DNA of 64,000 nt from Spirochaetia bacterium (lineage in GTDB: Bacteria > Spirochaetota > Spirochaetia > CAKZLE01), in NCBI GenBank assembly GCA_963677595.1, contig OY782041.1:1216001-1280000 (forward strand), in the 5' to 3' direction. The translations under genes and the position numbers were made by a program. Numbering within the stretch: position 1 is the first letter of the stretch; every line of letters begins with the position of its first letter. This document shows, in pieces, positions 10,048 through 19,460 of the stretch. The notes below the pieces were generated by a model, which saw nothing but the letters and a program-made list of their open reading frames with translations, did no database searches and was not told the DNA's origin.

Positions 10048-11004
10048 CTACTTCTCCTGTGCTGCACTGATCTCATCGATGCCGTCCCAGGTACCGACCG
10101 GCATGCATGCATGCGCCGACGGCCCGGCTTTCCAGAAGCCGGCAAGTACCTTGCCGGGTCCCATCTCGTAACAGCCGTCGATCCCGTCGCCGGTCTGCCT
10201 GACGATATCATCTACTATCTTCGTCCATCGCACCGGCGAAGTCAACTGTTCAGCGAGGGCCTGCTTCGCAGCCTCGGCTGTCAGGACCATCGAGCCCGAC
10301 ACATTCGCATAGACCGCCTTGGCCGGGTCTGAGAAGTCGAAGCCTTCGAGGAATGTACTGAACCGGTCAGCTGCTCCCTGCATCAGCGGTGTATGGAACG
10401 GTCCCGAGACCTTGAGGGGGATGACCCTCCGTGCCCCGGCCTCCTTGAGCAGCGGTGTGACGGCACTGATGGCCTCAGTCACCCCGGCAAGCACGACCTG
10501 GCTGACGCTGTTGTCGTTCGCGATGTAGAGATGCTCGAGCGATGCTGAGGAGAGTACGTCCGCCACCGCGTCGAACCCCTGCCCGATGACTGCCGCCATA
10601 CCGAGGTCCCCGATGGTGGAGGCGACCTTCCCGGCCTCCTCGCCCATGATCTTCCCCCGCATGCTGGCGATCCTGAAGAGGCTTTCCGCATCCATGATCC
10701 CCGCAGCATGATAGGCTGTGAGCTCGCCGAGGCTGAACCCGGCGAAGATGTCGCAGGCAAAGCCCCGTTCCTGCATCAGTGCATGCACTGCCGCATTCAC
10801 GAGCGTGATCGAGATCTGGGTGTATTCTGTCTGCTTGAGCTGTTCCTCGTCCCCTGAGAAGAGGACTTCTGCCATATCGAACCCGCTTGCCTCCGATGCC
10901 AGGTCGAAGAGTGCCCGCACCGATGCGGACTGTTCATACAGGTCCTTCCCCATCCCGGGGTACTGTGCTCCCTGCCCGGGAAACAATCCTATCCGTGTTA
11001 CCAT
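10048..11004 (-). CDS. fabD: Malonyl-CoA:ACP transacylase
   Basis: FPGQGAQYPGMG, GFSLGE nucleophile loop, LKVSGPFHTPLM, QLTSPVRW. Confidence 0.95.
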   Translation of the reverse strand: MVTRIGLFPGQGAQYPGMGKDLYEQSASVRALFDLASEASGFDMAEVLFSGDEEQLKQTEYTQISITLVNAAVHALMQERGFACDIFAGFSLGELTAYHAAGIMDAESLFRIASMRGKIMGEEAGKVASTIGDLGMAAVIGQGFDAVADVLSSASLEHLYIANDNSVSQVVLAGVTEAISAVTPLLKEAGARRVIPLKVSGPFHTPLMQGAADRFSTFLEGFDFSDPAKAVYANVSGSMVLTAEAAKQALAEQLTSPVRWTKIVDDIVRQTGDGIDGCYEMGPGKVLAGFWKAGPSAHACMPVGTWDGIDEISAAQEK

Positions 11005-12002
11005 ACGATCATCGACCCCCCTGAGGTCAGGCCGGCACCGAATCCCACGATGATGATCCGGTCACCCTTCTTCAGCCCGCCCGACTCCTCAAGGTTCCTG
11101 AGGGCGATCGGGATCGATGCTGCAGATGTATTGGCGAAATCCTCGATATTCACGAAGACCTTCTCTTTCGGTATCTTCAGCCGTTTCGCGGCTGCCTGGA
11201 TGATCCGGTCATTCGCCTGGTGGGGGATGATCATGTCGATATCATCGATGGTCAGCCCGTTGCGTTCCATGAGGTCCTTCGTCATAGCCCCAAGCTGCTT
11301 CACGGCGAAGTTGTAGACCTTCCGCCCGTCCATGGTGATGGTCACGTCCTTGATATCGACGCCGTCCTCCCGGATGGGGGACCGGGACCCGCCGCGATTG
11401 ACCATGAGGTACTCATAGCCGGAACCGTCAGCCTGCAGGATGGTATCCTGCACCCCGCGCTCGGTCGGCTCATCCTTCCGTGACACGATGGCACAGCCGG
11501 CCCCGTCACCGAAGAGCACGCAGGTGTTCCGGTCGTTCCAGTCGACGATGCTCGAGAGCTTCTCCGCCCCGATCATCAGCACGTTGGTCATGGCCCCTGA
11601 GAGGATCATTCCCCGTGCCACCTCGATCCCGTAGATGAACCCGGTACAGCCGGCAACGACATCCATCGCCGGGATGTTCTTCAGCCCGAGCTTCTCCTGG
11701 ACGATGCATGCGGTAGACGGGAACCCCACATGGTCCGGGGTCGCCGTCGCGATGATGATCCCGTCGATATCATCGAGGGTCAGGTCGCTTCGATCTATGG
11801 CATCCAGGGCAGCCTTGACCGCAAGGTCCGAGGTCGCCTGTCCGTCCGCAGCCAGGTGTCTGGCACCGATCCCGGTATGGGACCTGATCCATTCATCACT
11901 GGTGTCTACCGTCTGGGCAAGCTCATCATTGGTGACTCGCCGTGGGGGTACGAACGACCCCACTGCCTCGATAGTTATATGTGGTATGGTCTTTTGCTCC
12001 AT
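10998..12002 (-). CDS. fabH: Beta-ketoacyl-ACP synthase III
   Basis: DTSDEWI..HTGI, AGCTGF, VLFGDGAG, PHQAN.RII, ANTSAASIP, GFGAGLT. Confidence 0.96.
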   Translation of the reverse strand: MEQKTIPHITIEAVGSFVPPRRVTNDELAQTVDTSDEWIRSHTGIGARHLAADGQATSDLAVKAALDAIDRSDLTLDDIDGIIIATATPDHVGFPSTACIVQEKLGLKNIPAMDVVAGCTGFIYGIEVARGMILSGAMTNVLMIGAEKLSSIVDWNDRNTCVLFGDGAGCAIVSRKDEPTERGVQDTILQADGSGYEYLMVNRGGSRSPIREDGVDIKDVTITMDGRKVYNFAVKQLGAMTKDLMERNGLTIDDIDMIIPHQANDRIIQAAAKRLKIPKEKVFVNIEDFANTSAASIPIALRNLEESGGLKKGDRIIIVGFGAGLTSGGSMIVW

Positions 12003-12059
12003 GTTCACTCCTGTCAATAGAAAGGTTATTTGGTTTATTTTTTACAAATATTTGATTTT

Positions 12060-12096
12060 TGTCAATATTGACAGCGAAATATAATATCGTTAATAT
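12060..12096. promoter_or_regulatory. Back-to-back -35 elements of the divergent fab/acc promoters
   Basis: Perfect palindrome TGTCAATATTGACA (12060-12073) gives TTGACA on both strands; plus strand TTGACA-17-TAATAT. Confidence 0.55.
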
Positions 12097-12147
12097 CTGA
12101 AGATGGACAGCAGTATCTGCATCCAAGAACCAACCAGGAGGAATACC

Positions 12148-12603
12148 ATGGAAATTGATTATATATCGTCACTTATCGACCTGTTCGAGAATTCATCCCT
12201 CACAGAGCTCCAGATCTCTGAGGACAACAAAGAGATCACGCTCAAGCGGGAGAAAGAGGTCCACATCCAGGCCGGCGCACCGGTCATGGCAGCAGCACCT
12301 GCAGCCGCACCAGCAGCTGCAGCTGCCCCGGCAGGGGAGCCTGCACTCCCCCAGGAACCTGACACGATCATCATCCCGTCCCCCATCGTCGGTACGTTCT
12401 ACCGGACGCCGGCACCGGATGCCCCCCCGTTCATCGAGGTCGGCGATACAGTGAATACGGGGGACGCCCTCTGCATCATCGAGGCGATGAAGATGATGAA
12501 CCGGCTCGAGGCCGAGTTCCCTTGTGAGATCGTGGCGATCCACGCGACCCATGGGAAGCTCGTCGAGTACGGGGCTGCCCTCATCGAGGTGAAGCGGATA
12601 TGA
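12148..12603 (+). CDS. accB: Biotin carboxyl carrier protein
   Basis: Ala/Pro linker, SPIVGTFY, IIEAMKMMN biotinyl-Lys motif. Confidence 0.96.
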   Translation: MEIDYISSLIDLFENSSLTELQISEDNKEITLKREKEVHIQAGAPVMAAAPAAAPAAAAAPAGEPALPQEPDTIIIPSPIVGTFYRTPAPDAPPFIEVGDTVNTGDALCIIEAMKMMNRLEAEFPCEIVAIHATHGKLVEYGAALIEVKRI

Positions 12604-13919
12604 TCTCTTCCATACTGATTGCGAACAGGGGGGAGATAGCGGTACGGATCATCCGGTGCTGCAGGGATCTCGGCATCCGGTCAGTGGCGATCTATTCTGA
12701 GCCCGATGCGGACTCACTCCATGTGAAGATGGCTGACGAGTCCGTCTGCATCGGGCCGGCAGCCTCTGCGGCTAGTTATCTCAACACCCAGAACATCATA
12801 GCGGCAGCCTGCGGCAGGGGCTGCGATGCCATCCACCCGGGAGTCGGCTTCCTCTCAGAGAACGCCGACTTCGCCTCTGAGGTCAAGCAGGCAGGCCTGA
12901 TCTTCATAGGGCCTGAGGCTGAGACCATCAACCGTGTCGGGGACAAGGTCCAGGCGAGGAAGACCGCGCAGGATGCGGGACTCCCGCTGACACCGGGTTC
13001 CCCGGGGCCGGTAGAATCTGTCGAGGCCGCCCTTGCCGTTGCCTCCGATATCGGGTACCCGGTGATCATCAAGGCAGCAGCCGGCGGCGGCGGCAGGGGG
13101 ATGCGAATAGTCGACGCTCCTGAAGAGATGAGCGAGTCGTACGCCATCGCCTCCCATGAGGCCCTCTCGTTCTTCTCCAACGGGTCGATCTATATCGAGA
13201 AGTACCTCAGGAACCCGCGGCATGTCGAGGTGCAGCTCATCGCAGACACCCACGGTAACGTCGTCCACCTCGGTGAACGGGACTGCTCGGTTCAGAAGAA
13301 CCACCAGAAGCTGATCGAGGAGAGCCCGTCCACGGTCTTATCCTCCTCACAGCGTGATAAGATGTGCCGGGATGCCGTACGGCTCTTCAAGAAGCTCCAT
13401 TACCATGGGGCCGGCACGGTGGAGTTCCTCGTCTACGAGGGCAAGCACTACTTCATGGAGGTCAACGCAAGGGTCCAGGTGGAGCACCCGGTATCGGAGA
13501 CGATCTCGGGAGTCGACATCATCGCCGACCAGATCAGGGTCGCATCGGGAGAGGCGCTCAAGTACTCCCAGAAGCAGATCAACCTCACCGGCTATGCCAT
13601 GGAGTGCAGGATCAACGCGAAGACCCCCGGTCCTATCGCGTCCTTCAACCCGCCGCTCGGCCCGGGAGTGCGGGTCGACACCCACCTCTACTCAGGAGGG
13701 TCGATCAGCCCCTATTATGACCCGCTCGCGGCAAAGATCATCATCCATGCCGATGACAGGAAAGCAGGCATCACCATGATGCTCAGGGCCCTTCGGGAAC
13801 TGGAGATCGAAGGGATCACCACGAACCTGGATGAACAGCAGACCATCCTGACCTCTAAGCTGTTCAGGTCGGGTACGTTCGGAACCGATATCTATTCCAG
13901 GATTTTTCAGGAGAAGTAG
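12600..13919 (+). CDS. accC: Biotin carboxylase
   Basis: LIANRGEIAVRI, HPG.GFLSEN, KAAAGGGGRGM, ERDCSVQ, EVNARVQVEH. Confidence 0.96.
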   Translation: MISSILIANRGEIAVRIIRCCRDLGIRSVAIYSEPDADSLHVKMADESVCIGPAASAASYLNTQNIIAAACGRGCDAIHPGVGFLSENADFASEVKQAGLIFIGPEAETINRVGDKVQARKTAQDAGLPLTPGSPGPVESVEAALAVASDIGYPVIIKAAAGGGGRGMRIVDAPEEMSESYAIASHEALSFFSNGSIYIEKYLRNPRHVEVQLIADTHGNVVHLGERDCSVQKNHQKLIEESPSTVLSSSQRDKMCRDAVRLFKKLHYHGAGTVEFLVYEGKHYFMEVNARVQVEHPVSETISGVDIIADQIRVASGEALKYSQKQINLTGYAMECRINAKTPGPIASFNPPLGPGVRVDTHLYSGGSISPYYDPLAAKIIIHADDRKAGITMMLRALRELEIEGITTNLDEQQTILTSKLFRSGTFGTDIYSRIFQEK

Positions 13920-14750
13920 ATGGTAGATTCTAACAAAGGGCACTACCAGACGGTAGGCGACCTCGATATGAAACAGATCGTTGACTGCCCGTCGTGCAAA
14001 TCAGCACTGCGCAGGAACAAGCTCGAGGAGGCGCTCTATGTCTGCCCGGAATGCGGGTACCATTTCCGCCTCACACCCCCGGAACGCATACAGCAGCTTG
14101 CCGACCCGGAGAGCTTCCAGGAGTTCGCGGCGAACCTCACCTCGCAGAACCCGATAGAGCTCTCTGGCTATGAGTCGAAGCTGTCCCAGAACCAGAGGAA
14201 ATCAGACCTGAAGGATGCCGTGGTCGTAGGAACCTGCACGATAGAGGAGAACCCGGCGATCCTCGGCATCATGTCCTTCCAGTTCATGGGAGGCTCCATG
14301 GGGTCGGTCGTGGGTGAGAAGATCACCCAGGCGATCCTCCAGGGCGCCGACACCAACACCCCGGTCATCCTCTTCACCGCCTCCGGCGGGGCGAGGATGC
14401 AGGAGGGGATCTTCTCCCTCATGCAGATGGCGAAGACCTCCGCTGCCGCGGCACTCCTCGAGGAGACCGGCACCCCGCTCTTCATCGTGATCACCCACCC
14501 CACAACGGGCGGTGTGACTGCATCCTTCGCGATGCTGGGAGACGTCATCATCGCGGAACCCGGGGCCCTGATCGGGTTCGCGGGACCGAGAGTCATCGAG
14601 GGAACCATCGGGGAGAAGCTCCCCAAAGGGTTCCAGACAGCTGAGTTCCAGCTGGAGAAGGGATTCCTTGATGCCATCGTCCACAGGAAGGATTTGAGGT
14701 CGACCCTCTCCTACCTCCTGCGGATCCACAGCAAGACGAGGGGGAACTAA
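13920..14750 (+). CDS. accD: Acetyl-CoA carboxyltransferase beta subunit
   Basis: C4 zinc ribbon CPSC..CPECG, FMGGSMGSVVGEKI, SGGARMQEG, PTTGGVTASFA; start may be 13968. Confidence 0.96.
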   Translation: MVDSNKGHYQTVGDLDMKQIVDCPSCKSALRRNKLEEALYVCPECGYHFRLTPPERIQQLADPESFQEFAANLTSQNPIELSGYESKLSQNQRKSDLKDAVVVGTCTIEENPAILGIMSFQFMGGSMGSVVGEKITQAILQGADTNTPVILFTASGGARMQEGIFSLMQMAKTSAAAALLEETGTPLFIVITHPTTGGVTASFAMLGDVIIAEPGALIGFAGPRVIEGTIGEKLPKGFQTAEFQLEKGFLDAIVHRKDLRSTLSYLLRIHSKTRGN

Positions 14751-14753
14751 GAG

Positions 14754-15752
14754 ATGAGTGAGAAACATGAGAATATAAACGAGCTCCTCGGGAAGCTGGA
14801 GAAGATCGCCAGAGAGGAGAAGCTCGACCTTGCGAAGGAGATCACCGACCTGAAAGCACGGCTGGTACCTATCGAGAAGAACCGGGAGATGAAACCCTCG
14901 ACCGCATGGGACCGCGTCTGCCTCGCACGTCACGTAGAGCGGCCGGGAGCCCTGGAATACATCAGGATGATCTGCGATGAGTTCATGGAGCTGCACGGGG
15001 ACCGGTACTACGGGGACGACCCCGCCCTGATCGGCGGGATCGGGACCATCGACGGTCAGCCGATCACCTTCATCGGGAACCAGAAGGGTTCCAACCTGAA
15101 GGAGAACATCGCACGCAACCACGGGATGGGACATCCCGAAGGATACCGCAAGGCCCTGCGCCTGGCAAAACAGGCCGAGAAGTTCAACCGTCCGGTCGTC
15201 ACCTTCATCGACACCTCAGGCGCCTACCCGGGGCTGGAGGCTGAACAGCGGGGGATAGGCGAGGCCATCGCACGGAACCTGAAAGATTTCTCGGTCCTGA
15301 AGGTGCCCGTCCTCTGCTTCATCATCGGGGAAGGCGGTTCCGGGGGTGCATTGGGCATCGGGGTGGGCGACAAGCTCTACATGCTGGAGAATGCCGTCTA
15401 CTCGGTCATCTCCCCCGAGGGATTCGCATCGATCCTCCTGCGGGATGCTTCCAAGGCTGAGCAGGCAGCGAACACCATGAAGATCACCGCCACTGACCTG
15501 AAATCGTTCGGGATCATCCACGACATCATCGAGGAACCGACCGGCGGGGCCCACAAGGACCCGCAGCTCGTCGCCTCGAGGATCAGGGACGTGATCTCCC
15601 GGGACCTGCAGGTACTATGCACCAAGCAGCCGGACCGGCTCGTACGCTACCGGATCAAGAAGATCCGCGGCATCGGCCACTTCAACGGCCCGGCAGGATC
15701 CTGGTGGGAGCAGCTGCTGAACATCTACCCGCTGACGCGGGCACTGCGCTGA
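14754..15752 (+). CDS. accA: Acetyl-CoA carboxyltransferase alpha subunit
   Basis: ELHGDR..DD.A, PEGYRKALR, IGEGGSGGAL, YSVISPEG. Confidence 0.96.
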   Translation: MSEKHENINELLGKLEKIAREEKLDLAKEITDLKARLVPIEKNREMKPSTAWDRVCLARHVERPGALEYIRMICDEFMELHGDRYYGDDPALIGGIGTIDGQPITFIGNQKGSNLKENIARNHGMGHPEGYRKALRLAKQAEKFNRPVVTFIDTSGAYPGLEAEQRGIGEAIARNLKDFSVLKVPVLCFIIGEGGSGGALGIGVGDKLYMLENAVYSVISPEGFASILLRDASKAEQAANTMKITATDLKSFGIIHDIIEEPTGGAHKDPQLVASRIRDVISRDLQVLCTKQPDRLVRYRIKKIRGIGHFNGPAGSWWEQLLNIYPLTRALR

Positions 15753-15758
15753 CATGAC

Positions 15759-15785
15759 GAAGCCCGGGAATCTCTCCCGGGCTTC
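15759..15785. terminator. Hairpin terminator between convergent accA and glycerate kinase
   Basis: GAAGCCCGGGA-atctc-TCCCGGGCTTC. Confidence 0.7.
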
Positions 15786-15814
15786 TCTATTGGATGGTAT
15801 CGGGCTCTCGGGTG

Positions 15815-16963
15815 CTATCTCTCGCCGACCCGTGCACCGACCGACATCAGCCTCGCGACCCGCTCACCGGTCTCCACGAGCAGTTCCCTGCTCCGGTCCA
15901 TCGCCTCCTTGAGCGGCATGGCCTTGTTCACGGTACTGATGACCACGTCGATCCCTACTTCGTAGACGTCCTCGAACTTGTCCCCGATATCCCCGACGAT
16001 CGCCACGACCGGTATATCCTTCACCTGTTTCGTCCAGCTCGCGATCCCTGCAGGGACCTTCCCGAAGACGGTCTGGAAGTCGAGCTTCCCCTCCCCGGTG
16101 ATCACCACATCGGCATCCTTCACGATCTCGTCGAACCGCACGATCGAGAGGACCGCGTCGATCCCGGGCTTGAGCTCGGCTCCGAGGAACCCGACAAGAC
16201 CGCCGCCGAGGCCGCCGGCTGCCCCGCTTCCCGGGATGTCGGCGACATCGCAGGTAAGCTGGTCCTTCACCAGCCGGGCGCAGTGAGCGAGGGCGGCATC
16301 GAGCTGCTCCACCATCTCCGGTGTCGCCCCCTTCTGGGGCCCGTAGGTGGCAGATGCCCCGTTCGGCCCGCATAATGGGTTGGTGACGTCACAGGCGACA
16401 GTGATATGGGCATTGGGGATCCTCGCATCGAGCCCCGATATATCGATGGTCTCGATAGACTGGAGCGCCCCGCCCCCGTAGCCGATCTCGTTCCCGGCCT
16501 TGTCCCGGAAGCTCACGCCCAGGGCTTGGGCCATCCCTACACCGAAGTCATTGGTGGCACTGCCACCGATCCCGATGAGGATCTCGGTACAGCCGGCATC
16601 GAGGGCTGCCTTGATCAGTTCACCCGTCCCGTAGGTCGTGGTATACAACGGGTTTCGCTTCTCTTCCGGGACCAGGGGGAGACCGGAGGCTTCCGCCATC
16701 TCGATCACAGCCTTGCCGCCGGGCAGGATCCCGATCATGGCATCGACCGGCTCCCCGGTCGGCCCGGTCACGGAGAAGACCTTCCGCTCCCCGTGGGAGA
16801 CCTGGAGGACCGCCTCAGTGGTCCCCTCACCCCCGTCCGCCACCGGGACGATCACATACTCCGCATCGGGGTAGATCTTCACCATCCCCTCCTCGATCGC
16901 CCTGCAGACCCGCTCTGCCGTATTGCTTCCCTTGAATGAATCAGTCGCTATCACACATTTCAT
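15815..16963 (-). CDS. glxK: Glycerate kinase (GlxK/GarK family)
   Basis: ATDSFKGS, PVADGGEGT, IGGSATND.G.G, YGPQKGA, GAAGGLG, TGEG.LD.QT..GK. Confidence 0.93.
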   Translation of the reverse strand: MKCVIATDSFKGSNTAERVCRAIEEGMVKIYPDAEYVIVPVADGGEGTTEAVLQVSHGERKVFSVTGPTGEPVDAMIGILPGGKAVIEMAEASGLPLVPEEKRNPLYTTTYGTGELIKAALDAGCTEILIGIGGSATNDFGVGMAQALGVSFRDKAGNEIGYGGGALQSIETIDISGLDARIPNAHITVACDVTNPLCGPNGASATYGPQKGATPEMVEQLDAALAHCARLVKDQLTCDVADIPGSGAAGGLGGGLVGFLGAELKPGIDAVLSIVRFDEIVKDADVVITGEGKLDFQTVFGKVPAGIASWTKQVKDIPVVAIVGDIGDKFEDVYEVGIDVVISTVNKAMPLKEAMDRSRELLVETGERVARLMSVGARVGER

Positions 16964-17000
16964 CTCATTCCTCCTTATCTTCGTACCTGCAGCCGGATCC

Positions 17001-17696
17001 TCATACACTCACGGCATACTCTTCTATATCATCTATCGCATTGGAGAGGTGGACCCTCATCGCCTCAGCTGCCGCTGCCGCATCATGGTCCCTGACAGCC
17101 TCCAGTATTGCCCCGTGCTCTGCCACCGTACGGGAGAGACGCCCCGGGGTGTTGAGGCTCGCGATCCATCCCTCATTGAGACTCTCCGCCATGGTCCCCA
17201 TCAGGACCGACAGGGTCCTGTTATGGGCCATCTCCGAGATCGCAAGGTGGAATGCACTGTCACGGGTGATCGCTTCGGGGGTGTTCCCCTCCTCGACCTG
17301 GGTGCAGAAATCATGGAAAGCCTCCTCTAGCTTGAGGAGCCCCTCCCCGTCTACCTTCCTGGCGGCCATAGCCGCAGCATAGGGTTCGAGCTGGAGCCTG
17401 ATCTCAAAATGTTCCTTCAGCAGCCCCACATTACTTACGACCCATTCGATGAGGGAGGAGGCATGTTCGGGTCGGTCGGTGAGGAAGATCCCCTTCCCCT
17501 GGTGGACCTCCACGAACCCGGAAGCCTCCAGCATGCGTACAGCCTCCCTGATGGAGGACCTGCTGACCCCCAGCCGCTTCGAGAGCTGGTTCTCGCTGTA
17601 GAGCTTGTCACCCGGCTTCAGCCCCTCTTCAGAGATGATCTGCTGTATTGCCTCGCGGACGGTCTCCGAGAGCCGTCCTTTCTTATCTGACTGCAT
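17001..17696 (-). CDS. GntR/FadR-subfamily regulator
   Basis: PGDKL.SE..L...LGVSRSSIREA; FCD domain D.AFH..I...N..L, EH.AIL.A. Confidence 0.92.
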   Translation of the reverse strand: MQSDKKGRLSETVREAIQQIISEEGLKPGDKLYSENQLSKRLGVSRSSIREAVRMLEASGFVEVHQGKGIFLTDRPEHASSLIEWVVSNVGLLKEHFEIRLQLEPYAAAMAARKVDGEGLLKLEEAFHDFCTQVEEGNTPEAITRDSAFHLAISEMAHNRTLSVLMGTMAESLNEGWIASLNTPGRLSRTVAEHGAILEAVRDHDAAAAAEAMRVHLSNAIDDIEEYAVSV

Positions 17697-17717
17697 GGGG
17701 TATCATACCATGGGGTT

Positions 17718-17747
17718 GCTTGTCTGACAAGTGCTTGTCTGACAAGT
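17718..17747. promoter_or_regulatory. Tandem FadR-type operator (GCTTGTCTGACAAGT x2) overlapping the regulator's -35
   Basis: Exact 15-bp tandem repeat, each unit holding palindrome CTTGTC-t-GACAAG; minus-strand TTGTCA-17-TATGAT promoter. Confidence 0.75.
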
Positions 17748-17750
17748 TTT

Positions 17751-18587
17751 CTAATCCCAGCCTATCACGGTCCCTGAACCGCACTCCACCGGGGAGATCC
17801 CGAGGGAACGCACGAATTCCAGCGTCCGGTCCCCGGAGCAGTGGGCGATACCCAGAAGGGAGAGCCCAAGCTCCTTCAGGTAGAAGCCCACATGGGAGAT
17901 CCTGTCGTCGGAAGCATCCTTGAGATGGGTCCCGCCGATGACCCCGTAGATCGGCTGGTCGAAGGTGGTCCTGACGCTCTCGATCATGTTCACGATGCCG
18001 GGATGGGAGCAGCCTGCCACCAGGAGCAGGCCTTTGGATGTCTCTGCTACCAGCATGATCTCATCGGTGAATGGATCAGGGATGATCGAGCCGTCGGGAT
18101 CCCTCCTGACGAACCGGTCAGGGATCGTCTCGAGGGGATCGACCCTCGGGAAGTCGGTGCACAGCCACAGACCCGAACCATCCCCGTAGAGGGGATGGGG
18201 GGAGTCCCCGACTGTGTGGACGCTCCAGCCTGCCTCGACCAGGTCGTGATTCGTGAAGTTCGGTCCCTTGTAATCGAGGTCCCCGGATTCCCGGGCATAC
18301 TTGGGCAGGAAGAAGTCCGGCCCGATGTAGATATCGGGGGAGGGCACGAGCCCGAACAGGTTCGGCAGGCCGTTCGCATGGTCATAATGGGCATGGCTGA
18401 GGATGACGGTATCGACCGTATCCAGGGGGAGGCCCATCCCCGCTGCATTCTGGAGGAATGCAGCACTCTGGCCCGTGTCGAAGAGGATCCTATGCCCTCC
18501 CGTCTCGATAAGGAATGACAACCCGTGTTCGACAGCCAGCCCATGGGTACTGGAGTTCTCGACGAGGACCGTGATCTTCCCTTTCAT
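17751..18587 (-). CDS. MBL-fold metallo-hydrolase
   Basis: EHGLSFLIE, LFDTGQ, LSHAHYDH..G, GCSHPG, GGTHL, HCSG. Confidence 0.9.
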   Translation of the reverse strand: MKGKITVLVENSSTHGLAVEHGLSFLIETGGHRILFDTGQSAAFLQNAAGMGLPLDTVDTVILSHAHYDHANGLPNLFGLVPSPDIYIGPDFFLPKYARESGDLDYKGPNFTNHDLVEAGWSVHTVGDSPHPLYGDGSGLWLCTDFPRVDPLETIPDRFVRRDPDGSIIPDPFTDEIMLVAETSKGLLLVAGCSHPGIVNMIESVRTTFDQPIYGVIGGTHLKDASDDRISHVGFYLKELGLSLLGIAHCSGDRTLEFVRSLGISPVECGSGTVIGWD

Positions 18588-18892
18588 ACTGCCTCCTGGA
18601 CCTTTTCAAGCGTATGCCAACAGCCTATCACAGGAGCCCGGAGATGAAAAGCTATCGCAGCCAAACTCCCCGATTCCTTAGGTTCTGTCGTCCCCACGAC
18701 GCCTTTGCACCTTGACAACCTATGCTATAATCATATAAAGAGAGAGGGTAGAAATCAAAAGAATAAGATTTCTTCCATTTTGTTAGAAGTTTTTGGGTAA
18801 TACAATTATGTATAGAAAGAACTTCAGAAGGTGATCTTTTTAAGATACAGGTATGAAATGATTACCTCGAGATACCACAAAAAGGATGTTGC

Positions 18893-19450
18893 ATGTCTTC
18901 ACTTACAATTCCTCCCCTGAAAGACGACCTCGTACGTGTCCTCATCGACGCTGACACGATCCAGAGGAAAGTCGCTGAACTAGCCCGCCGGATCTCTGAA
19001 GATTTCAAGGAAGCAGACAAGCTGGTTGTCGTCGGTGTCCTCAAAGGTTCGTTCATCTTTGCCGCAGACCTCTGCAGGCAGCTCTCGATCGACCACAGCG
19101 TTGACTTCATTGCCTTGTCGAGCTATGGTGCCACGTCAAAGGCTACCGGGAACGTCCGCATGATCATGGATGTACGGGAGAACCTCGCCGGCCAGCATGT
19201 GCTCATCGTCGAGGACATCCTCGACAGCGGCTATACCCTCGATTACCTCAAACGGAACTTCGAGACGCGGCAGCCGGCATCGCTCAAGACCATCGCGCTG
19301 CTCAACAAGCAGGACCGAAGGGTCGTCGACGTCGAGCTCGACTACAAGGGGTTCGACATCCCCGATGTCTGGGTGGTGGGCTACGGTCTCGATTATGCCG
19401 AGAAATACAGGACTCTGCCCTATATCGCAGAGATGACACCGGTCGTATAG
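18893..19450 (+). CDS. hpt: Hypoxanthine phosphoribosyltransferase
   Basis: GVLKGSFIF.ADL, LSSYG, VLIVEDILDSG.TL, VVGYGLDYAEKYR.LPYI. Confidence 0.95.
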   Translation: MSSLTIPPLKDDLVRVLIDADTIQRKVAELARRISEDFKEADKLVVVGVLKGSFIFAADLCRQLSIDHSVDFIALSSYGATSKATGNVRMIMDVRENLAGQHVLIVEDILDSGYTLDYLKRNFETRQPASLKTIALLNKQDRRVVDVELDYKGFDIPDVWVVGYGLDYAEKYRTLPYIAEMTPVV

Positions 19451-19460
19451 AGGAGTTCAC

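Noticed and set aside
13336-13362. Intragenic palindrome TCTTATC-N13-GATAAGA in accC
   Set aside because: Single occurrence with no second copy seen, so compatible with chance.
14202-15134. Long antisense ORFs (also 24545-25669, 37933-38844, 59005-59913 and others)
   Set aside because: Shadow ORFs of high-GC3 genes on the opposite strand, with no recognisable motifs or SD.
18732-18892. Purine (guanine) riboswitch before hpt
   Set aside because: Core motifs (ATATGG, GTTTCTACC, CCGTAAA) are absent.
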